A stretch of DNA of 53,938 bases, the filler included, from Sphacelaria rigidula (lineage: Eukaryota), in assembly GCA_964200075.2 (NCBI GenBank). It is 5 parts of 5 records of this genome, joined end to end, with 100 filler letters (N's around TTAATTAATTAA, not from the genome) between each part and the next. Parts side by side here need not be neighbours in the genome. Positions count along the whole stretch, not along the records: positions 1 to 10,709 come from CAXNAA020006045.1; positions 10,810 to 21,517 come from CAXNAA020006046.1; 3 more parts are not named here. One strand, 5' to 3'. A program made the position numbers and the translations under genes. The notes beneath the pieces are model-generated. The model was not told where the DNA came from and ran no database searches. It saw nothing but the letters and a program-made list of their open reading frames with translations. Numbering within the stretch: the stretch's first letter is position 1; the number at the start of each line of letters is the position of its first letter. Of the stretch, positions 1-10,854 are shown piece after piece.

Positions 1-100
1 CTTGTTTGGCTGTTTTCGCGTGTCTGGCCATTTTTCGTACCTTTCTTGGGCAAAAAACGATAAGGTATACCTTTTCTAGGCCATTTCCCTATTTTTTATT
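1..100 (-). repeat. Dispersed repeat fragment; inverted copy of 10421-10522
   Basis: Reverse complement of 1-100 aligns with 10421-10522, including the core CGTTTTTTGCCCAAGAAAGGTACGAAAAATGGCCAG..ACGCGAAAACAGCCAAACA. Confidence 0.85.
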
Positions 101-112
101 ATTCCACGAACA

Positions 113-394
113 CAGGGTCAACCCTGTGTTAGTGGGGGTCCGGTCCCAAAAGGGTTAAAATCTTTCTGGGAGATTTTTTTTTCCCACAGTCGTGTGTAAG
201 TGGCAGGTGTACATTTATTATGTTTTCAAGTCAAAATGATGCCGATTCGCACCCTTTTGTGGATTGGCATCATTTTGACTAAATGACAAATCTCATGGAC
301 ACCTGCCCCTAACACACGATTGTGGGGGGAAAGTGGAGAAAAGTGCCACAAACATGCCATTTTGGGGAGTCCGACCCCAAGGGGTTCAGCTCTG
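113..394. mobile_element. Foldback (palindromic) MITE-like element
   Basis: Nested inverted arms: CCCACAGTCGTGTGTAAGTGGCAGGTGTACAT / ATGGACACCTGCCCCTAACACACGATTGTGGG and AGTCAAAATGATGCCGATTC / GGATTGGCATCATTTTGACT. A related fragment lies near 38385-38415. No clear TSD. Confidence 0.65.
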
Positions 395-625
395 ACGGTG
401 AAATATACGTGAGCGGGGTACAGAGCGTGATGTAGGGAGCACGTAGACCTTTTCTGCCCAGCTATTAGCCCAAATAGCTCGTTTTCATTTTCTGGAGCCC
501 GGAAGAGGCGGTTATGGAAGCATTTTTTTCCCCTTCATTTCTAGGCCTATTTCCTTCCTGGGGGAGACTATTTTTTTCAAGCCCATTTCCTTCCTCGGGG
601 GGGGGGGGGGGCTTCTTCTTTTGTT

Positions 626-635
626 NNNNNNNNNN
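626..635. other. 10-N scaffold gap between G-rich runs
   Basis: Ten Ns flanked by poly-G tracts. Confidence 0.95.
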
Positions 636-1430
636 GGGGTGTGGGGTTGGTGGGGGGGGGGTGTGTGTTTTGGGTGGGGGTGTGGTGGTTGTCATTTTTT
701 TGTAGCCCATTTCTGCGGGGACACACCCGACCCCCTGTTAGAACCATCATCATCGACGCCAATGTGCAAATGATCGTGTCGATCAGATGACGGTGCGGCA
801 ACAACAACCCCGTGCTGTGTGCCCAGACAAAATAATACCCTCGTGCGGTAAGTCACAATAAGATGAAGATTATGTGTCTTGAGTCTTCATTGGCATTACG
901 ATCCACACGGAGGAAATTGGGTGAAGAGAGGTCTAGGAAACGAGTAACAGGTAATGGCGGGAAGCGCCGCCACGTCATGACTGCCCATGAACCTTTGTCT
1001 TCAGTAGGCACACGAGCCACAATCCATCATCCACGATCCACAGTACTTTCTCAAATATAAGAATTCGGAACTTGTTTTTCCGTTCTTCAAGCACAAGGAA
1101 CCTTCCGAATAGTATTAGAATATGGCAAATCACGCAATTTCCTCGCAATTTCCTCACTCAGACATGCTGGCTTGTGTTCGTACGGTAGATAATATATTTT
1201 GAGCATTTCCAAATTACAAATCAGCGGTGAGATATATGAGTATCGCGACAAAATACAGAAGGTCCAGTGTGCTGACGGCGGCGCGCCGGCCTGCCTACCG
1301 GCCAGTCTGCCTGTCAGACAACATTACATCACGCACCATACCACCAACCGATGTTTCGGAGTAGGGGGCCGTCTGGTGGGTTGGTGAAGAATATTGGGCT
1401 GAAGTTTTCCTTGAGGCCCAAAAAATGTAA

Positions 1431-2170
1431 CAGAGGATCCTGAAAAATGGGGTTGGGGTTTGAAAATGGGGCTGTAACCACCTTCCGAAAAGTCACATTC
1501 ATCCCGGAGCAGTTTTGCACAACGAAGCGTTTGCTGATTTTTTTGTTTCCGTTGAAGTTGAGCAGGTGTGGTTAGTGGCACCCAATGAATGCGGTGTACA
1601 CGTGTGTCGATGACGATACCCCCGGAGGAGCAATGGCGGAGAGGAAGCTCCTCGCCCGTGTCCTTTGTGTGTCCGGGTTCGGCAATTCCCAATCGCTGGA
1701 GGGATTGGCATCATATCACCAGCACATACCCAATTCGACAGCCCTTTTGTCGGCACAAGAACGGCAGGCGGTTTGCTGTACAGCCTCCCAAAGAAGATCT
1801 GGGTGCCCAGCGTTGCCGCATCTTGACTAATATAGTCGTCTCTTGCCTGTGGCGCTGACCCACGCAAGTATCGATTCCTCTCTTGCCTCTCTTTTTGGAC
1901 AAGACGTGACTCTTTGCGCCGCAGAACACGTCGTTGAAAAGCAGGGCGATGTTCCCGTCACTGCTACTGTTTTCGCACACATAAGTGCGAGCAAGGACGA
2001 TTGCGCAAAGATCCAACCGCATGTCGGGGGATGTTATAATCATCATCGTTGATTTTGACCGACGTTTGGCACAAGGACATGAGTTTTACATATCTCAGTT
2101 GGGGGGATGTTTAACAGATCAAACACTCATGGGAACCTTCTTGGCATGCGGTGTGAAAAAAGACACCTCT
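1431..2170 (+). repeat. Dispersed repeat family A, copy 1 (probable non-autonomous transposon)
   Basis: Colinear with 20358-21047 on another contig. Shared blocks include CAG.GGATCCTGAAAAATG, GAGAGGAAGCTCCTCGCCCGTGTCCTTTGTGT and CATGCGG.GTGAAAAAAGA.ACCT. Confidence 0.85.
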
Positions 2171-2804
2171 GGCGGTGACTTGACTATTGCTGGCGTGGCC
2201 CACATGGGGGCTGGCATACTGTCACCTGTGGGCTTATCCCATGTACCATTGGTCGCGCGTTTTTTAAATAATCCGACTCTGAGGAGTCCATCGCAAGCTT
2301 AGGCTGGATATGCATTCACCAGAAATAAGGGTGTTCTATTATGAAACTACTTGCCGTTTCATTTGTGATCCACGCTGTCAAGCGCTGAACGGAAAGATCT
2401 TCCCTGAGATACGTTGTTGAGCTAGTTTTCAAGCTTGGACAATTTAGTCGCACTGACTGCCTGTAGCAATTCGATGCTTACAATTGTACAAGTACGAAAA
2501 GCTCTGATATTTCAATTTCATTCCATAGAATCAAAACGGCTCTCAAAAGCTGAGAAAAGCGCTCCCTTTGGGTTCGATCGAGCGGGAGAAAAAACATTGC
2601 CGTGTTTTTGCCAAACATCGTTGGAAATTGTAGAGAGCGATTAGTATAGGAACTAAGTGAAATGTGTTCGTTCATGTTCAAAGTAGAAATTCGTTGCTGG
2701 AAACGCTTCCCAGGTCGGAATATCCGGAATTTTATTCGAAGAAAACTCTCCACGGTTAGGACGAATTAGAGTTCATACGAGTTGACCCCCCATGAAATGA
2801 CAGG

Positions 2805-2966
2805 ATTCAACCATATGCCAACTGTTGGTCCCGCGTGAACCCGACGGTGGATAACGTATGCAATGGAGTCATCTTCGGCGCATTATAGATGGGAGACAAG
2901 TACGCATGATCCAAGGACTATGAATTGAGAAGATTCAACCATGTGCCGACTCTTCGTCCCGCACGA
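2805..2966 (+). repeat. Degenerate direct repeat of about 35 bp, two copies
   Basis: GATTCAACCATATGCCAACTGTTGGTCCCGCGTGAA (about 2805) vs GATTCAACCATGTGCCGACTCTTCGTCCCGCACGAA (about 2932). Confidence 0.6.
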
Positions 2967-3528
2967 ATCACGCATGTTATACTTGTACATGCCATTCACG
3001 CCTCATGAATTTAAGAGTGGGTGGCACGTACAATCATTTCATTCCACATGAACTACAGGGGATAAATATGTGCCCATGATTTGCCGTGTATGAACGGAAG
3101 GTAGGAAACAGGTACCTTTGACGGTGTACTGCACGACCCAAGAGCTCAAAACCTGTATAAATGACAGATAACGTACGAATCGTATGATTTATTCGTGGAA
3201 ATGATGAACATGAGTTGAATCACTATTATATTCATCCTAAACGTGAAACTCTCTGTGCTCGGCAACGTCCGCGCACTCTTGGAAATGCTCCGAACTTTCA
3301 CTCACACACTTCGAAGTGAGTATATTGTGTTGATATGTATTGCATGTACCCTATGGCCGCGGTCATCATGTAATCACCCCGTGCATGACGCATTTTTTTT
3401 ATGAACAATGCGCGCTGCACTGGCGGGCAATGTTCTGCCAACATGCACCATGGGACACATCATCGTAACAGTTTCTGTCACGCGCCCCCGTTATCGATTC
3501 TGTGCTGCACCTGTCGAAGTGAAGGCAC

Positions 3529-4329
3529 TTGAAGAGCGTCAAACCGGAGGACGTGGACGACGGCGAACGGCACATGATGGCACCGGCATCGTCCACCACT
3601 CCTTTTCCCGACGCGAGTGATTTGGAACGAGCAACCACGGGAGGCATGACGTTCTTGGAATTGAACGAGTGCCAGCGTGAGTGCCTTCAGCTCGGATCGG
3701 AGGGCTACGACGGCTTCATCGTGGTGGTCGGTCTCTTTCTCGTCCTGCTGGTGGAGAATCTCTGGACGTTCGATCCGGATTCTTTTTCTGAGGAAAAACT
3801 GGGCGACGTATTTCTGATTTTACTAGTGGCCGGCACGGCATTCGGACTTTTCACCATTTTTTCCGTAACGTACGTCAAGTTAAAGGTGCAGAGGTTGTTG
3901 ACCCGGGACATGTACGCGATAGAATTATTCAAGATGCCCGAAGCCCATCCTCAAAGGCGTAAGGTTTATCTGGACCGAATAAAGCGGCGGTGGGATAAAT
4001 TGAAACAACAAGAACGCCATCGGGCCCCGGCATGCGTCACATATGAGTGGTATCGTGGCTCTAGAGGCCCGCGCAAGAGCTCGTGGGACCCGCGCCGGCC
4101 AAGAAACCTCGTTTCGTTCGCTGCCGTCTCTTTCGCTGGGATGGTCACCGCATCTGTATGTGCGCTCGCAGTGCATTTGGCGGACGCTAAGGGGCTATGG
4201 TGGGGTGTATGGACGTTTGTCGGAGTTGGGATCGGCATTGGGCTCCCTGTGACGTTTCTCATTTTGAGCCTCAGGCCCCCCCCTGGACTGATCGGAAGCG
4301 AGACCAACCCTTACAAAGATCTGGCGTAG
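3529..4329 (+). CDS. Hypothetical 4-TM membrane protein (single long exon; first ATG at 3574, or spliced from an upstream exon)
   Basis: 266-codon open frame, the longest in the ORF track, with four hydrophobic segments (FIVVVGLFLVLLVE; VFLILLVAGTAFGLFTIFSVTYV; LVSFAAVSFAGMVTASVCALAV; LWWGVWTFVGVGIGIGLPVTFLIL) and a basic loop between TM2 and TM3. Confidence 0.7.
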   Translation: MKSVKPEDVDDGERHMMAPASSTTPFPDASDLERATTGGMTFLELNECQRECLQLGSEGYDGFIVVVGLFLVLLVENLWTFDPDSFSEEKLGDVFLILLVAGTAFGLFTIFSVTYVKLKVQRLLTRDMYAIELFKMPEAHPQRRKVYLDRIKRRWDKLKQQERHRAPACVTYEWYRGSRGPRKSSWDPRRPRNLVSFAAVSFAGMVTASVCALAVHLADAKGLWWGVWTFVGVGIGIGLPVTFLILSLRPPPGLIGSETNPYKDLA

Positions 4330-5493
4330 TAAATTGACTAATCGTAGATAGGAAGCCTCAGCGGAGAGGCTTGCACGCCGAGAGCCACGTCCTTCAATGA
4401 GCATGGGGGGGGAAAGGCTACGTATTACGACCTGAGTTGTGCAGGAGAGATTCGCAACGGAACAACTGCCGAGACTGAGCCCGTCGTGAGCCATGTAAAC
4501 AACTCGTGGATCGAGTGCCAACCGGCCAAGGGAGGGAGGGGCAAAATGCCTAGCATTTGACCTGAGTCTACTGTATGTGATACATTTCCGACGGGGCGTT
4601 GTTATCAGTCACCTAGTCTGTTGGGTGTGGATTTGCTGCTATTTCTCTACATAACTGTCTAGCTGTACATGAAGGGAAAAGTAAGGTAGGTCCCCACACC
4701 CTTGTAGCTTGTCCTCACTTGGTACTTGTGAGAGCATTTGAAAATGCGTGTGATCACTCTCGCTGCTGGGCTTTACAGTTGTTCAACATACATGTTACTT
4801 GTGTTTTGCGTTTCTTTGCGTTTATAGATAAACTTTTCACGACTTTTTTTTTGTCGAATACAGCTGAAGAAAAATGATTCTTCGGGGTCTCTTCGGTCGA
4901 GATGGGTTTTTGTTTGTTTCGTTTTTTTTTTCACGGGCAAACGACTACGTATCGTAGTCTACTTTCAAGGAAACATTCCGCGAAACGTGAACGCCTGACT
5001 CGTGCAGAGTTGCACCTTAACTGTCGAGTATATTTTTTTCGGCCGTTTATTCACGTTTCAGAGTTATTATAATCATCCCTGCGATCGGGAGGTGAGGAAT
5101 TATTTCCACAAAAAAATGGGCTCATAGGTGTGTCACACGACCTAGCACACTCTTGGTGCGCTTGTATTCGGGTGAAAACGGTATCAAGCAGTGTGAGTTA
5201 GCATTTTTTCATCGGTAACAAGCACGTTCGAATTACAGTTGCTGCTTTCAATGATGATTTGAGTTGAAGTTTCGTCAAGAAATAGCCCGAAAATCCCCCC
5301 CCCCCCCGTATAGGAGGATCGCTCATTATCTGATGTACAGTTATTCTCACCAGCAGCTTATGATGAAGAGTTTTTTGTGCGCAGTAGTACCTGGGCGAAA
5401 GGCTTCATGGGAAAAAAGTCATTTCCAGTACTGGCGTTGCGTGAGTTGTGAGGTCTACTGTACAACCAGCAATATATCCAATATTGTTTTTTT

Positions 5494-5838
5494 GGGTACG
5501 GGTATCTTCGGTCGGGTGAGAGATTTTTTACAGACTTTATAGAACAGTCGAGTAGTACCGGTATGTAGTTCTAACATAATAACCTACAGAACCAATCGAG
5601 TACGGTATGGAGATTGTACAGAAACCCTTGCTCGTATCGCAACCGGGTATTCCTACAAGGGTATACCAGTGCCCTGACTAAGGGCAAGAATTTCGTACAG
5701 ATTGGACACAACTGTCGGGTACCGGTATGAAAGGCTTAGAGAACTCACAGAAATAGTGTGCCGGGTACGGGTAATCCCGGGCTAGATACCCTGGGTATAC
5801 AAGAAATTGTATATCCTACAGAACACAATCTTGGAACT
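5494..5838 (+). repeat. Degenerate minisatellite-like repeat (TACAGAAC...CGGGTACCGGTATG units)
   Basis: Recurrent TACAGAA(C) and GGGTAC(C)GGTA(TG) motifs at irregular spacing of tens of bp. Confidence 0.6.
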
Positions 5839-5868
5839 CTTGTATAATTGCGTGCACGTCGTACAACA

Positions 5869-6328
5869 CCATATTCGTGAGATTCAGAGGGTAGTTTCAG
5901 ATTCAGAGTGGATGCTCTAGCGTTCCTAACAGGCTTTTTTTTTTCTTTTTTTTTTTTCTTTAGCACACGTCCTGTGCATGTAGCTACTTTACAGTACCCC
6001 ATTCGAGGAATTCGGCGGTCTGGTTGGTGAGATACCGCACAAAGCATTTTTACCCTCTGGGGGCATTTCGGAACTGAAACTGTTTCAGGCACTAATCGGT
6101 TTTTCCTGAAAGATGGGATCTTCTGTTGCAATGGACTGACTACGTCGTTGCGATTACGTGATGTATGTGTCAAATTGATCGTGGAGGTGACAGCTTTCAT
6201 TGAAGCCACCGCTTCACCAGCTGGGCGCGTTACTCCTCGAACTGTGGCGATGTCGAAATCGACGGGAAAGTCGATTTTTCGGGTCTCACTCTGAATCTGA
6301 AACTACCCTCTGAATCTCACCAATATGG
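5869..6328. mobile_element. MITE-like element with 42-bp inverted repeats
   Basis: 5869-5910 CCATATTCGTGAGATTCAGAGGGTAGTTTCAGATTCAGAGTG is the reverse complement of 6287-6328 with 1 mismatch. Non-coding interior; outer boundaries and TSD unresolved. Confidence 0.8.
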
Positions 6329-8264
6329 CATACTATGTGATTTGTACACTGCTGTACTGTTGTGGTACAAAAGTACATATTATCGCCTGGGTTTTGTATA
6401 ATAGTAAAAATCATGTGCCTAGCTTGTTATTACTCGTATTGGTTTGATTTCATGAGCATGTAAGGTATAACAGTAGAACTGAAGCATACTACGGTCCCAC
6501 TGTAGAGGCAGATGTGAGTGGCAACGCATTTTCCTGGCCGATTTCGGTCGTGTTTCAGACGGTACCCGAATGGTTTCACTGTATGTCAATTTTCGTTCCT
6601 TGGATAATGCCCGTGTTGGAGGTAAATACAATTGCCCGTGTTGGGCCCTATTCAGCAACGAGGGCATGTACACAAGTGGTCTCAGAGTGAAATTGTTGTT
6701 CTGAAGAATCGAGGCCTCTCGTCAAAAGCATTTGTGCATATCGTATCCGGTGGTTCGTGTGAAGCCCCATCCAGGAGGTGAACACTTCATTCCTCACTAC
6801 AGTCAGTATATTTATTCCGAGACGGAGGTCCATCGGAAAGAGGAGATCGTTGACGTTGCCCCCAGTGTGTCTCCTCGTTCTGTTCGCGTGCTCAGCCGAC
6901 CATGACTTCGCATTCGTGAATTCAGCGCAATTAATCACGCGTGCGTCCTTCGACAGTCTAGGATGAGGCCACCCCTGTGCGCACATCTGGGTCGGAGGTC
7001 TAATCCTGCTCAACGTCATTCGAAACAGGGGCGAACTTACTTTCAAATCTTGGATCTAATCTTACTGTGTAATGACAATTTGAGAACAAAATTAGGCCCG
7101 TACCAGATAATGGCTCAACCCGATACATGACGCACAACACGCAGTACGCCGCACAACCCTCAACGCATCTCTACTGTACGAGTACACTGGAGACAGCCGC
7201 GGCCACCCCCATCAACTCAACTTGGCCCAGTGTATATCGAGGGAACTCTCTATAGTTCTCCGCTTGTTGCCCGAGAAAGGTGGGTTCTCTAGTTGTGCGT
7301 TGCTCCACAGCATGTCTCAGTCGAACCAATTACCCTCTCTGGGATTTGCGTACTGTACTGTACTGAGTGCGGATAGATTCTACGAGCGGACGGTGTGGAG
7401 TTGCCACCCCCTTTGAGAAGATCTCCTTCATTTGTGTCAGGATGATTGCATGGATTGGGAACAACTTGATGAGTATCATAGACTGCGAAACATCGCACGC
7501 AGCACTGCAAGGTTCCACTACTGATACTCGAATCTCGACAATACGGTGCATCAAAAGAGTATGGTACAGTTTCGAGAAAAGGAATCGCTCGTGGACAGAC
7601 CGGGTATGCACCGAGATCAAAACGTATACTTGTACAGAAAGACAGTAGTGGAGTCAGCAACGGTGCCGTGAACAAACCATTTTACCCTGGGGGAGCGCAG
7701 GTCCATACGATCCTATATATGAATCATCATACTTCACAGGTCTTCAACAGATTCCCCACAATATAGAATAAAGACTCATACATAGTGGCTCTGTAGTCAT
7801 GACAACCTCTGCTGCTCAATCGTTGTGTGGAAAGCTTGGCGTTGGTTCCGTGCCGAGAGGTGCAAAATTACTCCGAAATGTCAAATGTCAGTCCGGATTG
7901 GTGCGGTAACCATACGATGCAGTCCTGTACTGTGTACCATTTTTCTGTCGCCTGCTCATCAGACTACTGTGTCCACGCGGTTGTACGGGTTATGATAGTG
8001 CTGTATGTGTGGGTTGTGCACCCAACTGCCCTCGTCTGGCGAGATGTGCGCTGCATACTGTACTCCATCGCGGAATAACTACTTGTGGAATACTTCGGTA
8101 TTTTTATCCGGATATGCATTCTTCAGTCCAGTCGTTGCCTCGCTGATGGTGCAACTAATCCGGAAATCATATCACACGTTCTATCTGACCTGCGTAACTA
8201 TAGCAGACGCGAACGCATCAAGGATATCCATTTCTCGGTGTTTGTCATGAAATATTTTATAGGC

Positions 8265-9245
8265 ATGAACGCTCTGGCGATTGCCCGAACAACCTCTCGG
8301 CTGCACGCCCGGCGCGCCGTGCCAGCTACGCGGGCATTAAACGGTTGGGCCAGGCCGGCCACCGGTGTCCAAGCAGAGGGTGGGCAGGCACGGCCAGGGG
8401 AGGGATCCGAATGGAACAATGTACTCGCCATGACCCTCGGAGCAGCTGCGGCGGCCGCGGCTGCGGTGGTGGCATCTACCGGGCAAAACGATAAGCATGG
8501 TACTTCGACCGCTGGAGCGTACTCGTTACCTATCGGGGAGACATTTCCTAGCACGGTGAGTGTACTGTGTGTTCGCTCATGTTCGCCGCACTTCATGGAT
8601 GGATAATTGTCTGGGTGTTCGCTTGCTTGCCTCACGTCATCCCTGGATATCGTCTGTGGGACGGGAGGTCTTGGAACACCTAGAGTATTGATGAAAGGAT
8701 TATGTAATGTACCACAGTACCCGCTGGTATTTTGTACCCTACGCAATCCTGAGCATCTTCAACCCCACCCCCGTACTCGCTATATTATGCACGAGGAGAC
8801 GCCAGCATATCTTCCCATATGCGCAACTGGGCAGACCCCGTTTGACTTGTCTTTTGTACGAGTACCCTTTCCAGCGAGTTCTGTGGATATCCCCACGTAT
8901 ATCTCGCAGAGCACGCCGGCGTGGTTTTTGTTGCGGTCGGCAACGCAGGATGGTGTGAAAATGCTGGGGTAAAAAAGAAACCGCCAACGGTTACTGGTTA
9001 GGTATCTCATTCCACTAGCTTCACGCGTAGTTTCGATTTTGCATAAACGCACGCCCTTTTGCCCCGCCCCGCCACCGAGGCAGTGTCACTGTTTCATCGA
9101 GGTGTCTCGTGAGTCGCGCATGAAGTACGAGTGGGACGAAAAAACCAACATGCTCAAACTCGACCGGGTGCTGCACGGTGCGGCTTTTTACCCTCACGAC
9201 TACGGCTTCATCCCGCAGACCCTTTGCGGAGACGGCGATCCGCTG
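8265..9245 (+). CDS. Soluble inorganic pyrophosphatase (family I) with N-terminal targeting peptide; 3'-partial
   Basis: Exons 8265-8555 and 9084-9245 join in phase 0 (GT-AG) to give ...LPIGETFPSTCHCFIEVSRESRMKYEWDEKTNMLKLDRVLHGAAFYPHDYGFIPQTLCGDGDPL. This contains the family I PPase motifs IE, KYE, DR, YPxxYG and DGDPL(D). Later exons are not found on this contig. Confidence 0.92.
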
Positions 9246-10420
9246 GTGAGAATTTATTTTTACTTATTTTCTAATATTCACGACAAAGGTACGGTAAATA
9301 GTGCCCACGTGGTATCGGTGCAACAAACGGCTGTCATGCTTCATGGCTTGCTCAGGGCTGAGCCGGTGAACCCCCTGAGCCCCGAATAGTTTGAGGGGAC
9401 ACTATCTGCTGGCGGACTCATACGCAAAAATCAAGAAACAAAGGAAAGAGGAGGGGTCAACAAGAGGTGTCCTCCTGTACTAGTCTCCGTACGAATACTC
9501 TAATATTTATTCGTTTTATAGGAAGGGCCGTGATGGGCTGCCGCACTTTGAAAACAACGTCTCCTAACCCGATTGACTGTGGGCGAAGTCGGGCAATCTG
9601 AGACGTGTTCGCGCGGAAAAGGAGTAAATATTGCACACACATTCGAGCACCCATACTTATTGACCCTACTTTTGTCGACTGACAGTTCCCACACGAGTGT
9701 TTGGATAATGACCCTTTGAAGAGCGTGGGTGGACGTCCGTCGGACACAAGCGCTTCAAGTAACGAGCAAGATTTTCTTACAAAAAGAAATGTTGTACGAT
9801 GCGAGCTGGACCAGCCTAGAACAAATTTACGCTTTCAAAGCAATATCTCATCGACGTCGACGAGTTGGGTCGTGACCTGCACATCACAGTAATCGTCCAA
9901 TCAGGAGGAAGGTGCCCATCTGCTCAAAGTCTGGACCAATCTTTTCTCGTTGATCCCGAACGATATATTCTGCGAATGGCGATTTTTGGTGTCGGCATTC
10001 CCTGGTGCACAGGGAGACGATAGATCCCCTCGCCTTCACGTAATTCGTAATTTATTTCGAGGCATGGCGCACATAAGGTTCCATACGAAAGTCGAAGTAT
10101 TACGAGCAGAGGCACGAGATTCACCAAATCTGGATATCGCGTCTCAGATTTCGAGATTTGTGCTAAAACATTTCTACTTTCGTTTTTTGCGTCCTGTTTG
10201 CTTTTACAGGAGAGTATTGAGGAGAATTGAAGTTTGCTCTTGGGCTCTTTCTCAATGTTTTAGTCCAATGAAAAAATTGTGAAATTAAACTTGGCATGGA
10301 AAACCGCAGAGGTATGCTGAATACAAGGAGAATGGGCTTACATTTTTTTTAGAAAGGTTTGAGTGTTCTCGTTGAAAAATGGTCATGGTCATACTAGAAT
10401 GCTTCAAAGCAGTGAAGAAA

Positions 10421-10522
10421 ATAAATAAATACAAGGGCAATGCTCTCGAAGAGGTATATCTTCTCGTTTTTTGCCCAAGAAAGGTACGAAAAATGGCCAG
10501 GAACGCGAAAACAGCCAAACAC
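10421..10522 (+). repeat. Dispersed repeat fragment; inverted copy of 1-100
   Basis: See 1-100. It lies near the end of contig 1. Confidence 0.85.
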
Positions 10523-10709
10523 GCCATTTTGACCGATTTCGTTCCGAATTTTTCACGCCCATCATTCGTGGGAGCCATTGGCACTGGGGCCTCGAAAAAA
10601 ACGAGAAAAAAACGTTACTCGAGAGATACGGCCACGCGAAAACGGACGTCTCGCCTCCAGAAACCGCTTACCTTTTGTAGTCCAAATTTTGCCCACGTAT
10701 TCCTGATCT

Positions 10710-10809
10710 NNNNNNNNNNNNNNNNNNNNNNNNNNNNNNNNNNNNNNNNNNNNTTAATTAATTAANNNNNNNNNNNNNNNNNNNNNNNNNNNNNNNNNNN
10801 NNNNNNNNN
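10710..10809. other. Artificial contig linker N44-TTAATTAATTAA-N44
   Basis: 100-bp spacer with TAA stops in all six frames, repeated identically four times in the window. Confidence 0.98.
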
Positions 10810-10854
10810 GGTCAAATGACTAAGGCAAGCAACAAATGAGTACGCCCCCCCCCC
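10810..10854 (+). repeat. Repeat terminus ending ATGAGTACG-poly(C), family P2
   Basis: GGTCAAATGACTAAGGCAAGCAACAAATGAGTACGCCCCCCCCCC is the exact reverse complement of 53874-53918. Confidence 0.85.

Noticed and set aside
465..807. Pro/Gly-rich ORFs here and at 32369-32691 and 41411-41975
   Set aside because: They are translations of poly-G/C tracts spanning N gaps, with no coding signal.
5494..5838. CRISPR-like array
   Set aside because: The repeats are degenerate and irregular, there are no cas genes and the context is eukaryotic.
6648..7046. 132-aa minus-strand ORF
   Set aside because: No recognisable motif or splice-supported structure.
10754..10765. TTAATTAATTAA recurring every ~10.8 kb as a biological periodic motif
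   Set aside because: It is always embedded in 44+44 Ns and is an artificial six-frame-stop linker.
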